NCBI GenBank assembly: GCA_963805975.1
Contig: CAWDVR010000002.1
Span: 1,152,001 to 1,216,000, forward strand
Origin: an uncultured Acidobacteriota bacterium
GTDB taxonomy: Bacteria; Acidobacteriota; Thermoanaerobaculia; Multivoradales; SZUA-115
Direction: 5' to 3'
Length of the DNA: 64,000 nt
The position numbers and the translations under genes are program-made. The notes under the pieces were generated by a model that was given only the letters and a program-made list of their open reading frames with translations, was not told the origin of the DNA and made no database searches. How positions within the stretch are numbered: position 1 is the first letter of the stretch; the number at the start of each line of letters is the position of its first letter. Shown piece after piece: positions 20,601 to 28,694 of this stretch.

Positions 20601-21119
20601 AAGATGCTCGAGGAAACAGTGCGCGAGATGAAAGGCGAGGCCGTTCCGGAGGAAGGGCCGTCGACGGCGATCGATCTGCCGGTGCCGATGTCGATCCCCC
20701 ACGGCTACATCGAGGATGCCAACCTGCGCATGGAGATCTATCGCCGGATCGCCGGCGGCGACGACACCGAGGAGGCGCTCGCCGCCGAGCTCGAGGACCG
20801 CTTCGGCCCGGTGCCGCCCGAGGTCCGCATGCTGGTGCGGGTCGGCGCCCTGAAGCGGCTGGCGGAGTCGCTGCGGGTGCAGTCCATCTCGGCCCGCAAG
20901 AGCGAGCCCCACAAGCAGGAACTGGTTATTCGCATGCGGCGCGACGCGCGGGTGGACGTGGACCGCCTGATCGACCTGGTCTCGACGCGGCCGGGCGCCT
21001 CGTTCAGCCCGACGGGCATCCTGACCGTCCCCACGGCCGGCGGCGAGGCGGCGCTCGAGACGGCCTTCGACACGCTCTCCGAGCTGGCCTCGCCGATGGT
21101 CGAGGAGCTGGTGAATTGA
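17613..21119 (+). CDS. mfd: Transcription-repair coupling factor
   Basis: UvrB-homology FAVRGGVFDLF, CarD-like GDFVVH.DHG, GDVGYGKTEV, DEEQRFG, SATPVPRT, QLRGRVGRS, TRCF C-terminus. Confidence 0.97.
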   Translation: MSDPVWKDAARVLRSSAVFEALAVHLGRASAAELVRLPLPAAAWVAELLSEDTGRPLLAVVPGEADALAWLEAAELFGSAERGAAVYFPGPSLSPYQEAETSLLVRAQEAVALDALAGGRARTVVSTPRALFRLLPEREAFRAAVLDIRAGEERPIEELALHLVTHGYRRSDLVAEVGDFAVRGGVFDLFPPGEELPLRLDLFGDTVESIRAFDPLSQRSQETRATARVLPLALFPAGPREAERLADLLAETLGTAAGGEAGERLADLRGRGGFAGWENLLPLLFGAQTALPELLANPLLVAVDPATLAREIEHHAEVLAVEFGSRREHGRFALPPELVEQTAERVQGLLDAASLRVTDLISAPAEREVIDFHASSTDLFQGQLPRFPREVETARARGERCLLVANPGHRERLAELLAGRDVPLGRGGVEIVPGELGRGFRLPAAGVAVYGEQQILPRRAPLGKSPKSRFGPFVSSLRDLKVGDFVVHSDHGIAQFVALRSVGGDASARKNLPPELAVMFPAETPVEVMELAYAAGKRLLVPLDRLDLIQKYSGIEGLAPKLDQLGGTSWNKTKSRIKKSMRDMAGELLKLYAERQLAQAPVMPPDSDLQRQVEAAFAYEESTDQLDAIAAIKADLEGERPMDRLLCGDVGYGKTEVAMRAAFKAVDSGYQVAVLAPTTILADQHLSTFRRRFEGFPVTVEMISRFRTPAEVREIKKRAAEGKVDILVGTHRLLSKDIKLPRLGLLVVDEEQRFGVAQKERLKQLKKDVHVLAMSATPVPRTLQLSLAGVRDMSVIETPPKDRMAVETAILPFSSDLIREAIEFEIERGGQVYYVYNRVENIERMLTTLKEIVPRARITVGHGQLDERELARRMHAFTAREFDVLLATTIIENGIDIPNVNTMVIHRADRFGLAQLYQLRGRVGRSNQLAYCYLLVERDRVLSETARKRLAAIREFTDLGAGFRIAARDLEIRGAGNLLGAEQSGHIAAVGIETYLKMLEETVREMKGEAVPEEGPSTAIDLPVPMSIPHGYIEDANLRMEIYRRIAGGDDTEEALAAELEDRFGPVPPEVRMLVRVGALKRLAESLRVQSISARKSEPHKQELVIRMRRDARVDVDRLIDLVSTRPGASFSPTGILTVPTAGGEAALETAFDTLSELASPMVEELVN

Positions 21120-21125
21120 GCGCAC

Positions 21126-21240
21126 GCAGCGCCCCTCACCCTAGCCCTCTCCCCGCAAGCGGGGCGAGGGGACCGGAGCACGGTCGGGTGGCGCCCTCGC
21201 CCCGCGTCAGCGGGGAGAGGGTCGGGGTGAGGGGCGCTGC
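21126..21240. repeat. 115-bp composite palindrome made of two inverted REP-like units
   Basis: 21126-21156 pairs with 21210-21240 (two G-U pairs, one mismatch), and each unit has its own internal hairpin. Confidence 0.88.
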
Positions 21241-22054
21241 TCTGTGCGCCCTTCTCCTCCTCGCCTGCCAGCGCGCGCCGCGGCCGGACACGGTGCTGCA
21301 GCTCGGTCGGCGCGAAATCTCCTACACCGAGTTTCAGACCTACCTGGCACGCAACCTGGGGTCGCTCAACGGGGGCGAGAGCGACAAGGAGCTGCCGAGC
21401 GAGGTGCTGTCCCAGCTCTTCGACCAGTTCGTCGAGGAGACCCTTCTCTCGCGGCTCGCCGTCGACAAGAAGCTCGCCCCCGAGGGCGCCGACAGCCGCA
21501 CCGCGGTGCGCGAGCTGCTGGCCGAGAGCGCTTCGCCGCCGGCTTCGCAGACCGAGCTCGCCGCCTACTACGAGGAGCGCCGCACCGAGCTCACCCGCCC
21601 CGAGCGCGTCCACCTGCGCCAGATCCTGGTCGAGAAGCGCACCGATGCGGAGCAGGCGTTGCGCGAGGTCCGTGCCGGCGCCGATTTCGGTGAGGTGGCG
21701 AAGCGGCGCTCGACCGAGCCGTCGTCGGTGCGCGGCGGCGACCAGGGGGTGCTGGCGAGGAGCGACCTGCCGCCGGCTTTCGCCGAGGCGATCTTCTCTC
21801 TCGCCCCCGGCCAGGTGAGCGACATCGTGCCCGCCGACTACGGTTTCCATCTCTTCCAGGTGCTCGAGCGCCACCCCGCCCAGCAGCTCTCGCTGGACGA
21901 GGCCGGGCCGGAGCTTGCCGTCAACCTCGATCTCGAGCGCCGAGACCGCCGCCTGGCCGAGCTCGTGGCCACGGCCCGCGCCGAGTACAATCCGGTGATC
22001 TATGAGAAAAACCTGCCCTTCAACTACATCGGCCTCTATGCGTCTCCCGGCTGA
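21227..22054 (+). CDS. PpiC/PrsA-type peptidyl-prolyl isomerase lipoprotein (alternative start TTG 21116)
   Basis: Lipobox LLLLAC; rotamase motifs VHLRQILV, FGEVAKRRS, GGDQG, FAEAIF and GFHLFQV. Confidence 0.82.
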   Translation: MRGAALCALLLLACQRAPRPDTVLQLGRREISYTEFQTYLARNLGSLNGGESDKELPSEVLSQLFDQFVEETLLSRLAVDKKLAPEGADSRTAVRELLAESASPPASQTELAAYYEERRTELTRPERVHLRQILVEKRTDAEQALREVRAGADFGEVAKRRSTEPSSVRGGDQGVLARSDLPPAFAEAIFSLAPGQVSDIVPADYGFHLFQVLERHPAQQLSLDEAGPELAVNLDLERRDRRLAELVATARAEYNPVIYEKNLPFNYIGLYASPG

Positions 22055-23165
22055 CCGCCGGCCGGCTGTGCAACGGTTCCGGGTGCTCTGCCTGCTCGCC
22101 GTCGCGGCGCTGGCGAGCGCCGGCCCGGCCGCCGCCGAGGCGCTCAATCGCATCGTTCTGCAGGTCAACGGCCGCATTGCAACGCTCTACGAGTACGAGC
22201 AGAAGCTCTCCCTGCGGCGCGAGGCCCTGGAACGCTCGGACCTCGAGGTCGCCGCGAGGCAGCGTGCCCTCGAGCTGGCGCCGCAGGAGGTGATGCGCGA
22301 CATCTACCAGGATCTGCTCCTGCTGTCGCGCGCCGACCAGCTCGACATCCGGGTCAGCCGCGAGGAGCTGGAACGCCTGATCGCCGAGGTGCGCGAAGCG
22401 AACAAGTTCACCGACGACGCGGAGCTGCGCCGCGCCATCGAGCAGAGCGGCAGCACCTGGGAGACCTTCCGCGAGCAGCTCTCGGCCTCGGCGCGCTACC
22501 GGGAGCTGGTGGGCCGGGAGGTGCAGGGGCGGATCAGCCTCGAAGAGGACGACCTGCGCATGTTCTACCGCGACAACCCCGAGCTCTTCCGGGTGCCGGA
22601 AGAGCGGCAGCTCAAGGAGGTCGTGGTCTTCGACACCAGCGCGCTCTCGGCCGACGCCAGGCTGCGCCTCGCCGAGGACATCCACCGCCGGATCGATGCC
22701 GGCGAGGATCCGGCGGCAATCGTCGCCGAGACCTCGGCCGCGGGCACCACCAGCGGCGTCATCGATCTCGACTGGGTGCCGCAGGGGGACCTCGATCCCG
22801 CGCTCGAACAGGCCGTCTCCGGCCTCGCGGTCGGCAGGTCGAGCGCCCCGATCACGGCGCGCGGGGGCCTGCATGTGATCCAGCTCGTGGACCGCCACGA
22901 GGCGCGGATCCAGCCGTTCGAGGACGTGAAGGGTGCGATCGACCAGCGCGAGCGCGAGCGCCTGTTCGCCAAGGAGCTGCCGAAGTACATGGCGGAGCTC
23001 GAGCAGGCGTCCTACGTGGTGGAGAACCCGCCCCCGGAGGCGGTCGGCTTCCGCAAGGCCGACTCGACCGTCGACCCCACGGACCCGCTGAACGTCTTCC
23101 GCCGCAAGCCCGGCGACGGCGGCGAGCCGCAGGACGAGAAGAAGCCGGTCGAAGGCAAGCCCTAG
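22038..23165 (+). CDS. SurA-like periplasmic chaperone / PPIase
   Basis: Signal peptide, NRIVLQVNG SurA N-domain, degenerate parvulin domain (LDPALEQAV, GLHVIQL). Confidence 0.82.
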   Translation: MRLPADRRPAVQRFRVLCLLAVAALASAGPAAAEALNRIVLQVNGRIATLYEYEQKLSLRREALERSDLEVAARQRALELAPQEVMRDIYQDLLLLSRADQLDIRVSREELERLIAEVREANKFTDDAELRRAIEQSGSTWETFREQLSASARYRELVGREVQGRISLEEDDLRMFYRDNPELFRVPEERQLKEVVVFDTSALSADARLRLAEDIHRRIDAGEDPAAIVAETSAAGTTSGVIDLDWVPQGDLDPALEQAVSGLAVGRSSAPITARGGLHVIQLVDRHEARIQPFEDVKGAIDQRERERLFAKELPKYMAELEQASYVVENPPPEAVGFRKADSTVDPTDPLNVFRRKPGDGGEPQDEKKPVEGKP

Positions 23166-23197
23166 CAGCCCTCAGGCAGCACCCCCCTCACTCAGCT

Positions 23198-23239
23198 CCC
23201 CTCACCCTAACCCTCTCCCCGCTCTCGCGGGGCGAGGGA
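23198..23239. repeat. REP-like palindromic unit, same family as 21126
   Basis: cccctcaccctaaccctctccccgctctcgcggggcgaggga. Confidence 0.8.
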
Positions 23240-23247
23240 TCGGCATT

Positions 23248-23271
23248 GTAGGGGCGACCGGCGGTCGCCCC
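23248..23271. repeat. GTAG-type REP palindrome
   Basis: GTAG followed by the hairpin GGGCGACC-ggc-GGTCGCCC. Confidence 0.7.
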
Positions 23272-23333
23272 CCTTGGCTCGAGGCTCCAGATCTCCCAGA
23301 AAACCACCCCCGGTGGAGCACCGCGGCCCCTTG

Positions 23334-23383
23334 GTGGCCCACGGTGGAAAAAGATGGACAAGAGTGGAGTCAGTTGTTAGACT
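23334..23383 (+). promoter_or_regulatory. dcw promoter with MraZ-binding direct repeats
   Basis: (G/A)TGG at 23334, 23344, 23354 and 23364 (exact 10-bp period), followed by extended -10 TGtTAGACT (hexamer 23378-23383). Confidence 0.8.
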
Positions 23384-23446
23384 GTCACTCAAACGCCCGT
23401 GCGTTTTCTCACGCATCGCGTCGTATCGCCTGGGGGGTAGGGGGAC

Positions 23447-23884
23447 ATGTTCCGGGGCAGCGCGCCAGCGAAGATCGACGAGAAAGGTCGGCTGAAGATC
23501 CCGACCGACTTCCGGCCGGCGCTCGAGCAGCACGGGCCGGACCTCTTCGTCACCTCCATCCGGGGCGACTCGGCTCTCCTCTACCCGCTCGCCGTGTGGG
23601 AGGAGATCGAGGATCGGCTGCGCAAGATGCCTTCCACCGACCGCGCGCGGGCGCGGTACCTCGAGCGCGCCAACTACTTCGGCCAGCAGCTCACTATCGA
23701 CAGCCAGGGCCGCATCGTCATCCCGCAGATCCTGCGCGAGTCGGCGGGCATGAACGGCGAGGTCGTGGTGCACGCGGACCTCGATCACCTGGTGGTGTGG
23801 AACCGCGAGCGCATCGCCAAGCGCCTCGCGGACGAACCGTTCAGCGAAGACGACTTCCGGGCTCTCTCCGAGCATGGGATCTAA
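23447..23884 (+). CDS. mraZ: Transcriptional regulator MraZ
   Basis: Two DxxGRxxIP motifs; first gene of the dcw cluster. Confidence 0.96.
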   Translation: MFRGSAPAKIDEKGRLKIPTDFRPALEQHGPDLFVTSIRGDSALLYPLAVWEEIEDRLRKMPSTDRARARYLERANYFGQQLTIDSQGRIVIPQILRESAGMNGEVVVHADLDHLVVWNRERIAKRLADEPFSEDDFRALSEHGI

Positions 23885-23890
23885 CGGCCC

Positions 23891-24877
23891 TTGGACGGCG
23901 GCGGGCATGTCCCCGTGCTCCTCGGAGAGACGGTCGAGCTGCTGGCGCCCGGGCGCGGCGGCCTGTTCGTCGACTCGACCGTGGGCCTGGGCGGGCACGC
24001 CGAGGCGATCCTCGCCGCCTCGGCCGAAGCGATCCTGGTCGGCATCGACCAGGACCCCCGGGCGCTCGAGCTGGCCGGCCGGCGGCTCGCTCCCTTCGGC
24101 TCGCGCGTGCGCCTGGTCGAGGGCAGCTTTCGCCGCCTGGCAGACCTCCTGGCCGGCCTCGAGCCGCCCTTCGGCCAGCGTGCTCCGGCCGGCATCCTGG
24201 CCGATCTCGGCGTCTCTTCGCTGCAGCTCGACTTGGCCGAGCGCGGCTTCAGCTTCCGGCGGCAAGGTCCGCTCGACATGCGTATGGGCCGCGACGGGCT
24301 CCCTGCCGCGGAGGTCGTGAACACCTACCGGGAGGCGGCTTTGGAAAAGATCATCCGCGACTTCGGCGAAGAACCCCAGGCGAGGCGGATCGCGCGCGCC
24401 ATCGTGGCGCGGCGCGAAGAGCAGCCCTTCGTCACCACCACGGACCTCGCCGAGGTGGTGGCGCGGGCCAAGGGCGGCCGTCCCAAGCGTTCGCGGGCTG
24501 AGGGCGCCCGCCGGCGCAGCAAGGGCGAGCCGCGCGAAGGGCGCATCGACCCGGCGACGCGCGTCTTCCAGGCGCTGCGCATCGAGGTCAACCAGGAGCT
24601 CGCCGCTCTCCCCGAGCTGCTGGACCAGGCCGTGAACCTGCTCGAGCAGGACGGGCGGCTGGTGGTGATCTCCTACCACTCGCTCGAGGATCGGGTGGTC
24701 AAGAACACGCTCCGCGACCTGGCCCGCGGCGAGGTGGACGAGATCACCGGCCGGCCGCGCTGGGAGACCCAGGTGATCGAGGTGCTGACCAAGCGCCCCA
24801 CCCGTCCCCTGCCGCAGGAGGTCTCCGCCAACCCCCGCTCGCGCTCCGCCCGGCTGCGTGCCGCCCGCCGGCTCTGA
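23891..24877 (+). CDS. rsmH: 16S rRNA C1402 N4-methyltransferase (TTG start uncertain)
   Basis: HVPVLL, DSTVGLGGHA, DLGVSS, PLDMRM, FQALRIEVN, SYHSLED, NPRSRSARLR. Confidence 0.95.
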   Translation: MDGGGHVPVLLGETVELLAPGRGGLFVDSTVGLGGHAEAILAASAEAILVGIDQDPRALELAGRRLAPFGSRVRLVEGSFRRLADLLAGLEPPFGQRAPAGILADLGVSSLQLDLAERGFSFRRQGPLDMRMGRDGLPAAEVVNTYREAALEKIIRDFGEEPQARRIARAIVARREEQPFVTTTDLAEVVARAKGGRPKRSRAEGARRRSKGEPREGRIDPATRVFQALRIEVNQELAALPELLDQAVNLLEQDGRLVVISYHSLEDRVVKNTLRDLARGEVDEITGRPRWETQVIEVLTKRPTRPLPQEVSANPRSRSARLRAARRL

Positions 24878-24895
24878 GACCCTTCGAGACCCGCC

Positions 24896-25249
24896 TTGAA
24901 GACCCCCTACGTCCACACCCCGGCGAGAAACGGCGACAACGCCTTCCTGCGGCGCGAGCGCGACCGGCGCAAGCGCCGCGAGCTGCTGCTGGTGGTGGTC
25001 GCCCTGCTGCCGTTGGGCCTCGGCCTCCTGCTCTACACCTGGGTGCAGCTCGAGACGCTCCGCGCCGGCTACCGCATCACCCAGCTCGAGCGCCGGCTCC
25101 ACGGCCTCGGCCGGCAGGAGCAGCAGCTCGAGCTCCAGGCCGCGGACCGGGCGCGGCCCGGAGAGATCGAGGCGCGGGCGGTCGCCAAGCTCGGCATGGA
25201 GCACCAGAGCCAGGCGCAGACGATCTATCTCGAGGAGCTGCCGCCGTGA
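24896..25249 (+). CDS. ftsL: Cell division protein FtsL
   Basis: Single TM helix plus leucine-zipper coiled coil ending IEARAVAKLGM; lies between rsmH and ftsI. Confidence 0.82.
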   Translation: MKTPYVHTPARNGDNAFLRRERDRRKRRELLLVVVALLPLGLGLLLYTWVQLETLRAGYRITQLERRLHGLGRQEQQLELQAADRARPGEIEARAVAKLGMEHQSQAQTIYLEELPP

Positions 25250-27162
25250 GCGAAGCGGTGCGGGCAGCGCGCCCGGGGCGCTCCCAGCAGGGTCGCCGCC
25301 GGTTGATCGTGTTGCTCTCGGTGCTCGGTACCTGGTTCCTGGCCTCGGCGGTGCGCCTCGTCTATCTGCAGGTCGAGCGTCACGAGCACTACGTCGATCT
25401 CGCCGAGCGGCAGCAGCAACGGGTGGTCGAGCTCGCCCCGCCGCGCGGCGCCATCTACACCCGCGACGGCCGCGAGCTCGCCCTCTCGGGGCCGGCCGAC
25501 TCGGTCTACGCCGTGCCCGCCCGGGTGCCGGACCCGCAGGCCACGGCGCGGGCGCTCGCCCGGGTGCTCGACGTCGACGCCGCGGAGCTCGCCGGCAAGC
25601 TCGGCGCAGCCAAGGCCACCGGCCGCGGCTGGTTCCTGTGGGTCAAGCGCCAGGTGACGCCCGAGCAGGCGGCGGCGGTCGCCGCGCTCGAGCTGCCGGG
25701 AGTGGCGCTGCGCGAGGAGGCCAAGCGCTTCTATCCGCAGGGTGAGCTCGCCGCGCACGTGGTGGGCTTCGTGGGCACCGACGGCCATGGCCTGGCCGGC
25801 CTCGAGCAGACTTTCGACAAGCAGATCTCGGGCAAGATGGCGCGGCGCGTGGTGCTGCGCGATGCCGGCGGCCGGGTGGCCGTGGACCCCGACCTCGGCT
25901 GGAGCGAGGCCGAGTCCGGCCGCGACCTCTACCTGACGATCGACTCGACGCTCCAGCACCTGGCCGAGCGCGAGCTGGCGCAGAAAGCGGAGGCCTTCGG
26001 CGCCCGCACCGGCAGCGCCGTGCTCCTCGATCCGTGGACCGGCGCCGTGCTGGCCATGGCCTCGTTCCCGACCTTCGACCCCAACCGCTTCGGCGAGGCG
26101 CCCCGCGGCACCAGCCGCACGGCCGCCGTCGACCGCAAGGAGCGCTGGAAGAACCGCGTCATCGAGGACGCTTTCGAGCCCGGCTCCTCGTTCAAGATGG
26201 TGACCGTGGCCGCCGCCCTGGGCGCCGACCTGATGGACTCGACGGACGTCTTCGACTGCGGCATGGGCCAGATCATGGTCTACGGCAAGCTGATCCGCGA
26301 CCACAAGCCCTTCGGCCTCTTGACGCTGCGCGACGTGATGGCCAAGTCCAGCAACGTGGGCGCCATCAAGGTGGGCCTCAAGGTGGGCGACGACCGGCTC
26401 TACCGGCAGATCGCCGACCTGGGGTTCGGCCGGAAGACCGGCATCGAGCTGCCCGGCGAGAGCGCCGGCATCCTGGCGGCGCGCGACAAGTGGCAGCCGA
26501 TCAGCAAGGCCTACATCTCCTTCGGCCAGGGCATCGCCGTGACCTCGATCCAGCTCGCCACCTCCTTCGCCGCGGTGGCCAACGGCGGCAAGCTCCTCCA
26601 GCCCTACCTGGTCGAGGCCGTGGGCGGGCGCGGCGAGGTCGAGGTGCTGCACGACGGGCCCACGGTGGTGCGCCAGGCGATGTCCGCCTCCACCGCGCGG
26701 CAGGTGGAGCGCCTGCTGGAGGCCGTGACCATGGAGGGCGGGACCGGCACCAAAGCCGCGGTGCCCGGCTACCACGTGGCCGGCAAGACCGGCACCGCGC
26801 AGATGGCCGAGAAGGGCCGCTACTCGCTGACCGACCACATGGCGGTCTTCGCCGGCTTCGCTCCCGGCCGCGAGCCGCTGGTGGTGGGAGCGGTGATGGT
26901 CGAGCGGCCGCGCGGCGACTTCCACGGCGGCAGCGTCGCGGCGCCGGTCTTCGGCGGCATCATGGGCCAGGCGCTGCTCTATCTCGGCCGGCGGCCGGAG
27001 CGCGACGCGCTCGAGCGCTGGCCCGGCGAGCGCGATCCGGCCGACAACCCGGTGCGGCTGGCGAGCCTCGACCCGGCGCCGGCGGCCGAGATCGAGGACG
27101 AGCCGCCGTTCGACGCGGAGCCCGCTCCGCAGGCCGCGGCCAGAGAGCCGGGAGCCGAGTGA
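25246..27162 (+). CDS. ftsI: Class B penicillin-binding protein (PBP3)
   Basis: RGAIYTRDG, RFYPQG, SSFK (SxxK), SSN, KTGTAQ. Confidence 0.93.
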   Translation: MSEAVRAARPGRSQQGRRRLIVLLSVLGTWFLASAVRLVYLQVERHEHYVDLAERQQQRVVELAPPRGAIYTRDGRELALSGPADSVYAVPARVPDPQATARALARVLDVDAAELAGKLGAAKATGRGWFLWVKRQVTPEQAAAVAALELPGVALREEAKRFYPQGELAAHVVGFVGTDGHGLAGLEQTFDKQISGKMARRVVLRDAGGRVAVDPDLGWSEAESGRDLYLTIDSTLQHLAERELAQKAEAFGARTGSAVLLDPWTGAVLAMASFPTFDPNRFGEAPRGTSRTAAVDRKERWKNRVIEDAFEPGSSFKMVTVAAALGADLMDSTDVFDCGMGQIMVYGKLIRDHKPFGLLTLRDVMAKSSNVGAIKVGLKVGDDRLYRQIADLGFGRKTGIELPGESAGILAARDKWQPISKAYISFGQGIAVTSIQLATSFAAVANGGKLLQPYLVEAVGGRGEVEVLHDGPTVVRQAMSASTARQVERLLEAVTMEGGTGTKAAVPGYHVAGKTGTAQMAEKGRYSLTDHMAVFAGFAPGREPLVVGAVMVERPRGDFHGGSVAAPVFGGIMGQALLYLGRRPERDALERWPGERDPADNPVRLASLDPAPAAEIEDEPPFDAEPAPQAAAREPGAE

Positions 27163-28694
27163 TGCGCCTCTCCCGTCTGCTCGCGGGCTTGCCGGTCCAG
27201 TCGCCGGCCGGCGCCGAGGATCCCGAGGTCCGCGGCGTGGCGCACGACTCCCGGCGCATCGAGCCCGGTGACCTCTTCGTGGCCTGGGCCGGCAAGTACC
27301 ACGACGGCCGCGCCTTTGCCGCCGAGGCCGCGGCGCGCGGTGCCGTGGCGGTGTTGGCCGATGGGCCACCGGTCGGGAGCTCTCTCGCCGGTTTGCCCCC
27401 GTCGGGCGTTCCCTGGATCACGGCGGAGGCTCCCCGCTCGCTGCTCGGCCCTCTGGCCTCGCGGGTCTACGGCCATCCCGACCGCGAGCTGCTGCTGGCC
27501 GGTGTCACCGGCACCAACGGCAAGTCCACGGTGGTGGCACTGCTGGCCGCCATGCTCGAGCGCGCCGGCTACCCGACCGGCGTTCTCGGCACCCTCGGCT
27601 ACCGCTTCCGGGGCCGCGACTTCTCGGGCGACCGCACCACGCCCGAAGCCTCCGATCTGTTCCGCACCCTGCGCGCGATGCGCGACGCGGGCGCCACGGC
27701 GGTGGCCATGGAGGTCTCCTCGCACGCGCTCGACCAGGGCAGGGTGGCGGGCGCGACCTTCGCGCTCGGCGTGTTCACCAATCTGTCGCGGGACCACTTC
27801 GACTACCACCACGATTTCGAGGATTACTTCGCCGCCAAGAGGCGGCTTTTCGGGCAGCTCACCGACGCCGGCGCTGGAGGGCCCGGCGGCAGGGCGGTGC
27901 TCAACGTAGAGGATCCCTACGGCAGGCGGCTGGCCGCGGAGCTCGGCTCGCGGCCGGGTGCTTCGAGCGGGGGCACGCTGACCTTCGGGATCGGAGGAGA
28001 GGTTGCTTTTTCCCATGTCGAGCTCTCGAGCTCCGGGTCGCGGGGGGAGATCTCCACCCCCCGCGGCCCGCTTCCCTTCACCACCCGCCTCCTCGGCCGC
28101 TACAACCTGGCGAACGTGCTCGCCGCCGCCGCGGCCGGCGAGGCTCTGGGCCTGGCTCGGGAGGCGATCGCCCGGGCGATCGCCGAGCAGCCCCCGCTTC
28201 CCGGCCGCATGGAGCCGGTGGAGCACGGGCAGCCCTTTCCGGTCTACATCGACTATGCCCACACTCCCGAGGCGCTGGCGGCGGCGGCCTCCTCGGCGCG
28301 CGAGATGACGCGCCGCAAGCTGGTGCTGGTCTTCGGCTGCGGCGGCGACCGCGACCCCGGCAAGCGCCCGCTGATGGGCCGCGCCGCGGGCGAGAACGCG
28401 GACCTCGTGGTGCTCACCTCGGACAACCCGCGGAGTGAAGACCCACTGGCCATCGTCGCCGCGGCAGAGCAGGGCTTGCTCGCCAGCGGAAATACCCACT
28501 ACCTGGTGATCCCCGACCGCCGCGCGGCCATCCGCCGCGCCATCGCGGAGAGCGACGGCGCGAGCGCCGTGCTGGTGGCGGGCAAAGGGCACGAGCAGGT
28601 GCAGATCCTGGGCGACCGCATGATCCCGTTCTCGGATCTGGAAGAGATCCACCACGCGCTGGAGGAGACCCTTGGCCAGGCGGCGCATCGATGA
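27162..28694 (+). CDS. murE: UDP-MurNAc-dipeptide:meso-DAP ligase
   Basis: GTNGKST, TTPE, EVSSH, DYAHTP, GGDRD, DNPR (meso-DAP specificity), AGKGHE. Confidence 0.96.
   Translation: MRLSRLLAGLPVQSPAGAEDPEVRGVAHDSRRIEPGDLFVAWAGKYHDGRAFAAEAAARGAVAVLADGPPVGSSLAGLPPSGVPWITAEAPRSLLGPLASRVYGHPDRELLLAGVTGTNGKSTVVALLAAMLERAGYPTGVLGTLGYRFRGRDFSGDRTTPEASDLFRTLRAMRDAGATAVAMEVSSHALDQGRVAGATFALGVFTNLSRDHFDYHHDFEDYFAAKRRLFGQLTDAGAGGPGGRAVLNVEDPYGRRLAAELGSRPGASSGGTLTFGIGGEVAFSHVELSSSGSRGEISTPRGPLPFTTRLLGRYNLANVLAAAAAGEALGLAREAIARAIAEQPPLPGRMEPVEHGQPFPVYIDYAHTPEALAAAASSAREMTRRKLVLVFGCGGDRDPGKRPLMGRAAGENADLVVLTSDNPRSEDPLAIVAAAEQGLLASGNTHYLVIPDRRAAIRRAIAESDGASAVLVAGKGHEQVQILGDRMIPFSDLEEIHHALEETLGQAAHR

Noticed and set aside
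16986-21125. Very long antisense or alternative-frame ORFs (e.g. 1379 aa opposite mfd, 966 aa opposite the TonB receptor, 912 aa opposite the kinase)
   Set aside because: They are shadow ORFs caused by high GC and codon bias. They have no motifs and overlap well-supported genes.
21126-23271. Palindromic repeats as a CRISPR array or IS ends
   Set aside because: There is no regular repeat-spacer period and no cas or transposase gene.
23874-24320. ORF starting at ATG 23874 as a separate gene
   Set aside because: It is out of frame with rsmH and has no motifs. At most its ATG is the true rsmH start if another 1-nt error lies near 23890, which cannot be decided here.
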